A stretch of DNA of 64,000 nucleotides from Nitrospirota bacterium (GTDB taxonomy: Bacteria; Nitrospirota; UBA9217), in the NCBI GenBank assembly GCA_963818475.1, contig CAWFSF010000002.1, positions 352,001 through 416,000 of the forward strand, written 5' to 3'. Shown here in pieces: positions 57,319-64,000 of the stretch (the stretch's first letter is position 1; each line of letters starts with the position of its first letter). The notes beneath the pieces were generated by a model. The model worked only from the letters and a program-made list of their open reading frames with translations, did no database searches and was not told where the DNA came from. The position numbers and the translations under genes were made by a program.

Positions 57319-57374
57319 AAACCTCCTGCTAAGAATTAGTTTATGACGGAACTAATTCAAGAGGCAGGAGGTTT
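57319..57374 (-). terminator. long hairpin downstream of the giant surface-protein gene
   Basis: AAACCTCCTGC..GAATTAGTT-loop-AACTAATTC..GCAGGAGGTTT, followed by a T-run on the minus strand. Confidence 0.65.
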
Positions 57375-57449
57375 ATATGAACTGTATTGACATCAGACCT
57401 GAGCAGTTTCTTCACTGCAGAAACCGCCATTATTACCACCGCCTACGCC

Positions 57450-60400
57450 TTAGTTGCAGGACGAAAGCAGCGCCAGAATGAAGATAGATGCCAGCAATTT
57501 TAGCGCGAATGACCGGCGTCCTGCCTGAACAGGCCGTGGAAGTTCTATAAATCCCGAGGACATCTTTCGCTTCATGATGAGCGCCAGCAACACCAATTCG
57601 ATCACCATAAGGAATGTCCACGGATATTCTATTGCATAAATAAGTGGTGTCAGAATTAATCTCGTCATCATTCTCAAGATATCATGCTGCCTGATAAAAG
57701 CTGCGACCGGCGGTGAGTGCCGGTAATAGGTACTTACGAAGAGCCTTCCGGGACCATTCGTCAGGAGGTATTTATCCCTGAAATCGCGAAGCACTTTGAC
57801 ATGAGGATCGAGATACGAGCCGTATGCCGCAGTCGCAATGAAGCAACCGCCGCCCCCGCCTCCGCCGCCGGCACCACTGTTCCCGGTCCCGCCTCCGTCT
57901 CCAGATGCCAAGCCTGTGCCGGTCAGCGCGACCGAGATGGCGTTTTTGTCCGGATCGGTCGATGCGATGTTCAGAGTTGCCGACCTTGTTCCTTCAGCAG
58001 AGGGGGTGAATCTCAGAAAGATGCTGCAGCTGCTGCCGGCACTTTTGCTGCTGGTGCAGTAATTGGAGGAAATCGAAAATTCCGAGGAATTGTCTCCTGC
58101 TATAGTGAAATTGTTCAGCAGTAATGAATCATTTCCATTATTCGTTATTGTGAGCGTCCGGGCACCGGGCACCAAGCCGATATACGCAGTTCCAAAATCG
58201 AGCGAGGATGCGCTTAAATCGGCCACCGGCTGCTGCCCGGTGCCGCTCAGCGCAATATTCATCGTCGGCCTGTTGGGGTCATTCGTGGTCAACGCGATGG
58301 TTGCTCCCCTCGCAAATGCGCCTTGCGGTTCGAAGGTCACCGTAAACGTGCAGTTCTGGTCGGGATTGATCGTGGCCGAAGACCCGCAGGTGCCTCCTAT
58401 GTTGAAATCTCCCGGGTTCGTTCCTGTTACTGCGCTGGAAATGTTCAAAGGAGCTGTCCAGACATTCTTTACTGTTACCGTTTGCAAAGACGAAAGGCTT
58501 CCCCGCTTAACAGTGCCGAAATTCAGGAACGCGGGACTGAGCGAAATCTCGGGCTCCGGTGCCGGTGCGCTGACTGGCGTCAGTGTCGGGGTCTGCAGAA
58601 TAAAGCCGGCAGATCCATAATTCCCGCCTACGATAACAAACGTATTATTGCCGAATGCTCCACTGTTAATCGAGCCGGTCCCGCCTGATATCCTCAGGGT
58701 CCAGGTCCGGGCGTCATTCGAGGACAACAGGGTGCTACCGCCGAAGACAAGATAGGTATTGTTTCCGAAAGCAGCTCCGTAGAGAGAGCTCGAAGTTCCC
58801 GATGACCGGCTGGTCCAGAATTCCGTGCCGCTCGATGTATACAATGTTCCCAAATAGCTGGTAGCAACCGTTACCCCGTTCCCGAAGGCAAGCGCATCGA
58901 GGCTGTAGCTGCTGTTCGTGGGCCTGGAGTTCCAGGTCGCGCCGTCCGGGGAGGTCCAGGCAGTGCTTTGAGAGCCGGAACCGATAAAGACACTGTTGAC
59001 GAAAGTGACATCGTACAATGTTGGAGTTGCTGCATGGAGACTCCAGGATGTGCCGTCTGGGGACGTAGCGGTCAGGTCGTAACCAGTGGCGACAAATGTT
59101 CCGTTCCCGTAAGCAACATGGTCCAAGTCCGAGGCAGTGCCGGAGTTCTGGGCAGTCCACGTCGAACCGTTGAGTGAGGTTATTATTGCGCCGGAGTCAC
59201 CGACAGCAACATATGTTCCGTTTCCATATGCCACCGAACTAAGCAGCCGGGTTGTCCCAGTCATCCGGGAAGTCCAGTTCACTCCGTCAGAAGAAGTCAC
59301 AATGGTGCCGTTGTTTCCTACAGCAACAAATCCATTATTCCCGTAGGTCACGCCGTACAGTTGATGCTCGTAGGAATCGGGGACCCATGACGTCCAGGTG
59401 ATGCCGTTCGGAGAAGTAAGGATTGCACCGTAATTGCTGATCACGGCGAATTCGTTATTGATAAACCGTACAGCCTTGGGGGTGATCGGCCCGCCGAAAG
59501 ACCGCGCAGTCCAGACAGCGCCGTCCGTGGAGGTGAGAAGCGTGTTGTTCGTTCCGACAGCGACGAACACGTTGTTCCCGAAGGCCACGCCGATCAGGTT
59601 TTCCGCAGTGTTGGAAGTCTGCAACGTCCAGTCCGTTCCTTCATTATTAGTGTTTTGATTCGGCGAGGTGTTTACGGACCTGTAGATCGTGCCGCGAGTG
59701 CCGACGGCCACGAAGGCATTGTTCCCATAGGCAACTCCGGAAAACTGATCCGGGTCAATAAACAACCGCTGTATTACGCCCGCGGCACTGTACGTCCATA
59801 TTTTCCCCCCATAACCCACATAGTAAGCTCCGGCAACCACATATGTGTTGCTGTTCGGGCTGTACGCTACTCCAGTCAGTTTATAATCGATAGTCGAGTT
59901 GACCGTTGTCCAGTTTTCACCGTCCGTTGATTTCGCGATGCCATAGCCGACTGCTACGATAGCGGGGACTCCACCGCTGCCAATGGTGACATCCGACCCG
60001 GTGGCCAGGCTGTAAAGACTGATCGCCACCTGAGTGCCCGCAGTCCAGTTCGTTCCAGTCGTTGAAGTATAAGTTTCTCCGTTCTCGTTGACGCCGACGA
60101 ATTTCCCATTGAAATACATCACACTATTGAAACCATATTGAGGGCTGGCAAAAGTATCTTCAATCCACTCGTGCTTGTCAGCTGATGTCAGGACGGCATT
60201 GACCTGCGTTGTGAATGGCACATTCGTCCGACCGAATGCCGCATACATCCCATTGCCGTAGGCAATGTCGGCAGTAGACACGGGAAACATTCTTGGTTTC
60301 CACGTGTACAGGGGGTCCGTCAGAGACGGCGCGGACCTCACGGCCTGCAACTGCTTGCTCTCCTTTTGATCTGCCGGACCTGCTGTCGTACTGGTGCCAG

Positions 60401-63400
60401 GCGAGCTGCAGCCGCTGACGAAGACGGATATGAAACAAAGAATCGAGATAAGACGCATTGCCGGAACCTGTTCCATCTGGCAATTGAAGCTGCCTCCGGC
60501 GACAACGCCTGACCACCGGCTTTCGGATACTCTTCTCAAATTCGCAGCAGTCATCATAACGGCCATACCAAAACAAAGCATCAGGAACAGATTCGGATAT
60601 GCCAAAGCAAGAACTACCGGTGTGAGCAGCATCCGTGTTATTGCCCGAAGTACCTCGCTCTGCCTGATGAAGTCGGCTATCGGCGGCGAGTGCCGGTAAT
60701 AGGTACTTACGAAGAGCCTTCCGGGACCATTCGTCAGGAGGTATTTATCCCTGAAATCGCGAAGCACTTTAACATGAGGATCGAGATAAGAGCCGTATGC
60801 AGCCGTGGCGATGAAGCAACCGCCGCCCCCGCCTCCGCCCCCGCCGCCTGCACCGGAATTGCCTGTGTCGCCGGTGCCCGAACCGACGCCAGTGCCCGTA
60901 ACAGTAACCGCAACGGTTGAATTGTCAGGATCATCTGATGATACTGAAATCGTGGCGGACTTCGCGCCTGATGATGCCGGAGCAAAGGTGATCGTCTTCA
61001 TGCAGCTCCCCGTCGTAATGGGGCTCGAGCAGCTCGTACTGCTCAGACCGAACTCCGAAGCGTTCGGCCCGCTGATGCTGATCCCGGTGACCGTCAAGGG
61101 GGCCGGCGTGCCGCCGGTGTTGTTGATTACAAGATAGCCCGCGGAAGAAGACCCGACATTTACGCTCCCTAGATTGCTCGGGCTGGCTGTAACCACGATA
61201 TGGGGCTGAACGCTGTTGCCGTTGAGCGGGATGTTTATGGTCGGGTGATTGGGATCATTAGTCGTGAGCACGAGGCTGGCAACGCGACTGCCCGCTCCCG
61301 CCGGAATAAAGGTCACCTCCAGGCCGCAGCTCCCGTCGGGTGCGACCGTGAAGGAGCCTGAGCTGCTGCACGTGCCCGCCGCGACGCTGAAGTCCCCGGT
61401 ATTCGTCCCCGTGACAGAGGTGGCAACGTTGAGATCTCCGGTCCAGGTATTCGTGATGGTCAGGGTCTGAGCGGTTGAAGAGCTCCCGCGGTTCACGCTG
61501 CCGAAACTGAAGTAGGTTTTGTCATAGGTTATCTCCGGTTCGACGGGAGGCGCAGCAACCGTCGCAAGGGGTGCGGACTGAAATATCTGACCAAGATCTC
61601 CGACAGCGACGAAGCTGTTGTTGCCGAAGGCAATACCCTGCAGCAGCGTGATTGATTCGACCGGGTTCGTGTTCCACGTGCGGCCGTCATGAGAACTGAA
61701 CACCTGATCGCTTCCGCCGATGGCGGCGAACGTATTGTTGCCGAAGGCCACGCTGAACAAATCGGAGCTTTGGTAAACTGCCATTCGCTGTGTCCAGTGC
61801 ACGGAACCGCTCGAGGTGTAAACATTTTTGTCGTCCCCGACCGTCACCATTGCGCCGTTACCGAAGGCCGCTGAGTACAGATAGGGGACATTGGCCGTGA
61901 TTTCGTTTCGCTTTGTCCAGACTGCACCGTCGGCAGAGGTGTAAATGCCGGAGTATTCACCCACGGCCGTGAAAATACCATTGTTGAAAGCAACACCCTT
62001 CAGATCCTGGATCAGCCCGACAGTCTGCGGAATCCAGCTGGAACCATCAGCAGACGTATAGACCACGCCATTTGTCCCGTTCGTACCCACTGCCACGAAC
62101 ATGTTATTCCCGAAGGCCACGCTTTCAAGGACATTGGGTGCAGAGGCCTCCGCCACTGACCAGGTAATTCCGTCCGAGGAGGTTGTGATAGCTCGCCCAA
62201 CTGCTACATATTTTCCGTTGCCATAGGTCAGCGCATACAGGTCCTGGGTAGTGTTCGAAACGCGTCCGCCCCAGGTTGCTCCGTCGGTCGACGTAAGAAT
62301 CGTGCCGTACGTCCCGACGGCAACGAACAGATTGTTCAGGTAAGCGACATCTTTGATATTGCGATACTGAGAACCCAGGCTGACCGTGGCATTGTAGCCG
62401 GCAAAGACAGGATTCCAGGCTGTGCCCGTGGAGCTTGACATCATGCCGGCCCCCAAGGCGTACAGCGTGTTGTTCATTATGGCCAGACGCGTCGGCTGCT
62501 CATCGAGGCTATAGTTCCTTGCGGTCCAGGTGGTGCCGTTCGGCGAGGTATAATAGCGCCCCGGTCCGTTCGGCGCCGCATTGCTGTATTCGCTTACCAC
62601 GAAGAGACCATTGATATACTCTATGTCCCAGAGGATGCCGGCCCCATTGATAACCGTTGTAGATTGGACTTTAGTCCAGGTGAGTCCGTCCGTCGAAGTT
62701 GAGTAAACGCCGCCATCACCGACAGCAACGAACTTGTTGCTGCCGTTGTATGCGATACTGTAGAAATTCGGCGACATTCCTACATCCGATGGGACCTCAC
62801 GGGCTGTCCAGACGGACCCTGTCGGCGAGGTCACAATGTTGTCGTCGGATACCCCCATAAACTGGCCGTTCACGAAGATGACTTTTTTTATCGGAAGCGG
62901 ATAGAAACCCGCGTCTATGGCTGTCCAGTTGATCCCGTCTGTTGATCGAATAACGTATCCGTCCAGGGTTGTCGCAACAAAAACTCCATTGCCATACTCG
63001 ACATCCAGCAGCATATCCAGGGGATAATTGTAGGGAGGACTTAACGGGAGCGTCGGCGTTGTCCAGGTAATAAGATCGGTCGATGTCATTATCCGGGCGC
63101 CGCCGCTCCCGCCGGCAGCTACCGCAATTCCATTCCCGATCGCGACTCCGCTCAGGGCATAACCGCCCTGGGGCCGATGGGTCCAGGCAATCCCGTCGGT
63201 TGAGGTAAGGATCGCGTCCGCTCCGCTCTTGCTGCCGACGGCAACATAACGATAAACTCCGTTTACGGTGCCGCTCGCCGCAGACTGAAGGCTCGTCAAG
63301 GGAAAGCTTCGCGGGTACCAGGTGTTCAAAGGACCGGTGCCCGTGGTGTAGGTCATGATCGGGGAGGCAAGCGCCTTCTCCCTGCGGTCCCCTGCTGGCG

Positions 63401-63479
63401 TCTGGTTTTCCAATTTGCTGCAGCCGGAAATAATAAACAGCAAGGATGCGAGGAAGCAAAATAAAACTTTTCTTATCAT
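57450..63479 (-). CDS. 2009-aa surface lipoprotein of two tandem modules (beta-propeller repeats + 2 Ig-like domains + CFI-box-CTERM), with internal lipoboxes
   Basis: N-terminal IISGC lipobox, many (Y/F)GNxxFVAVG..TSxDGxxW repeats, ASH/choice-of-anchor-D-like domains, [12 protein letters not shown] twice, internal FVSGC and terminal LSSC. Confidence 0.88.
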   Translation of the reverse strand: MIRKVLFCFLASLLFIISGCSKLENQTPAGDRREKALASPIMTYTTGTGPLNTWYPRSFPLTSLQSAASGTVNGVYRYVAVGSKSGADAILTSTDGIAWTHRPQGGYALSGVAIGNGIAVAAGGSGGARIMTSTDLITWTTPTLPLSPPYNYPLDMLLDVEYGNGVFVATTLDGYVIRSTDGINWTAIDAGFYPLPIKKVIFVNGQFMGVSDDNIVTSPTGSVWTAREVPSDVGMSPNFYSIAYNGSNKFVAVGDGGVYSTSTDGLTWTKVQSTTVINGAGILWDIEYINGLFVVSEYSNAAPNGPGRYYTSPNGTTWTARNYSLDEQPTRLAIMNNTLYALGAGMMSSSTGTAWNPVFAGYNATVSLGSQYRNIKDVAYLNNLFVAVGTYGTILTSTDGATWGGRVSNTTQDLYALTYGNGKYVAVGRAITTSSDGITWSVAEASAPNVLESVAFGNNMFVAVGTNGTNGVVYTSADGSSWIPQTVGLIQDLKGVAFNNGIFTAVGEYSGIYTSADGAVWTKRNEITANVPYLYSAAFGNGAMVTVGDDKNVYTSSGSVHWTQRMAVYQSSDLFSVAFGNNTFAAIGGSDQVFSSHDGRTWNTNPVESITLLQGIAFGNNSFVAVGDLGQIFQSAPLATVAAPPVEPEITYDKTYFSFGSVNRGSSSTAQTLTITNTWTGDLNVATSVTGTNTGDFSVAAGTCSSSGSFTVAPDGSCGLEVTFIPAGAGSRVASLVLTTNDPNHPTINIPLNGNSVQPHIVVTASPSNLGSVNVGSSSAGYLVINNTGGTPAPLTVTGISISGPNASEFGLSSTSCSSPITTGSCMKTITFAPASSGAKSATISVSSDDPDNSTVAVTVTGTGVGSGTGDTGNSGAGGGGGGGGGGCFIATAAYGSYLDPHVKVLRDFRDKYLLTNGPGRLFVSTYYRHSPPIADFIRQSEVLRAITRMLLTPVVLALAYPNLFLMLCFGMAVMMTAANLRRVSESRWSGVVAGGSFNCQMEQVPAMRLISILCFISVFVSGCSSPGTSTTAGPADQKESKQLQAVRSAPSLTDPLYTWKPRMFPVSTADIAYGNGMYAAFGRTNVPFTTQVNAVLTSADKHEWIEDTFASPQYGFNSVMYFNGKFVGVNENGETYTSTTGTNWTAGTQVAISLYSLATGSDVTIGSGGVPAIVAVGYGIAKSTDGENWTTVNSTIDYKLTGVAYSPNSNTYVVAGAYYVGYGGKIWTYSAAGVIQRLFIDPDQFSGVAYGNNAFVAVGTRGTIYRSVNTSPNQNTNNEGTDWTLQTSNTAENLIGVAFGNNVFVAVGTNNTLLTSTDGAVWTARSFGGPITPKAVRFINNEFAVISNYGAILTSPNGITWTSWVPDSYEHQLYGVTYGNNGFVAVGNNGTIVTSSDGVNWTSRMTGTTRLLSSVAYGNGTYVAVGDSGAIITSLNGSTWTAQNSGTASDLDHVAYGNGTFVATGYDLTATSPDGTSWSLHAATPTLYDVTFVNSVFIGSGSQSTAWTSPDGATWNSRPTNSSYSLDALAFGNGVTVATSYLGTLYTSSGTEFWTSRSSGTSSSLYGAAFGNNTYLVFGGSTLLSSNDARTWTLRISGGTGSINSGAFGNNTFVIVGGNYGSAGFILQTPTLTPVSAPAPEPEISLSPAFLNFGTVKRGSLSSLQTVTVKNVWTAPLNISSAVTGTNPGDFNIGGTCGSSATINPDQNCTFTVTFEPQGAFARGATIALTTNDPNRPTMNIALSGTGQQPVADLSASSLDFGTAYIGLVPGARTLTITNNGNDSLLLNNFTIAGDNSSEFSISSNYCTSSKSAGSSCSIFLRFTPSAEGTRSATLNIASTDPDKNAISVALTGTGLASGDGGGTGNSGAGGGGGGGGCFIATAAYGSYLDPHVKVLRDFRDKYLLTNGPGRLFVSTYYRHSPPVAAFIRQHDILRMMTRLILTPLIYAIEYPWTFLMVIELVLLALIMKRKMSSGFIELPRPVQAGRRSFALKLLASIFILALLSSCN
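57715..57797. repeat. 83-bp perfect direct repeat (partner 60688-60770) within the CFI-box-CTERM coding region
   Basis: GAGTGCCGGTAATAGGTACTTACGAAG..CGCGAAGCACTTT is identical in both copies; near-identity continues about 70 bp further. Confidence 0.9.
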
Positions 63480-64000
63480 GATATTCGTCCCCCTGATATG
63501 TAATACTTTTTTATTATTTTATTTTATTTGATTATACGAAAACTCGCAAGCAGAAATACTGGGAAAACGGGGTATTTTTAGGGTATTTTTTTATGAAAAG
63601 TTGAACTTTGTGCAACAAATTGTGAACCAGCCCCTGGGATTAGAGTTGCCTTTTTAATACGTTGTTTTTTAACGCTACGCTTATCGGACTTGGCAATACT
63701 GCTGCTCGGTGAATTTTCCGCCATGTTTTTTGGGAAACCAGAAAGGATTATACGGTGATTTTAACCTTTATGAGCTCTATGATTGTTCACAGCAGCCCCG
63801 GAGAAACGTAGTTGTTGACGTTACGCGGTGAAATCAATGATGCCCGGCCATACGCTCTGCCGATGAACCCAGCATGCTTATATTGAATCGTTGTCTGAAT
63901 TTCGCGAAATTGTCTTGGGGGAAAGAAACAACTGGTGAGGCTGGTCATGAGAACTCAGCTGCAGCAATTTCCGAAGCCTGGCCCCGGTATGCCCGGGCTC

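Noticed and set aside
63480-64000. AT-rich upstream region inspected for a c-di-GMP riboswitch or sigma54 site
   Set aside because: Only a weak GG-N10-GC match near 63691-63705 on the opposite strand; no supportable feature.

Overview
GC-rich bacterial window, almost all on the minus strand. Gene content suggests an anaerobe of the Nitrospirota/Desulfobacterota type (inference). Many genes are split by single-base frameshifts that look like uncorrected long-read errors, so the ORF track fragments real genes and some boundaries are approximate. (1) 1-22.1 kb: Wood-Ljungdahl/C1 cluster with fhs, a cNMP-domain protein, a selenocysteine formate dehydrogenase with NuoEF/HydBC-type partners, acsBCDE, two cooC/acsF genes, metF-metV, a GltD-like flavoprotein fused to MvhD, thyX, panB, a DUF2520 protein, folE and 5-formyl-THF cyclo-ligase. 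(2) 22.6-27.1 kb: small signalling unit (receivers, PhnD-like binding protein, HEAT protein, CW-domain protein) and rlmN. (3) 27.5-52.6 kb: Geobacter Che5-like chemosensory cluster. Between its two cheW genes lie an OmcB-like decaheme lipoprotein, an MtrA/DmsE-like decaheme, an MtrB-like porin, an orphan solute-binding protein and three elongated MCPs, one with a C-terminal PhnD-like domain. (4) 52.9-57.1 kb: housekeeping genes. (5) 57.4-63.5 kb: a 2009-aa ORF that looks like a lipoprotein polyprotein, with two modules, internal lipoboxes and CFI-box-CTERM anchors sharing an identical 83-bp DNA block. Intergenic gaps carry many short inverted-repeat elements.
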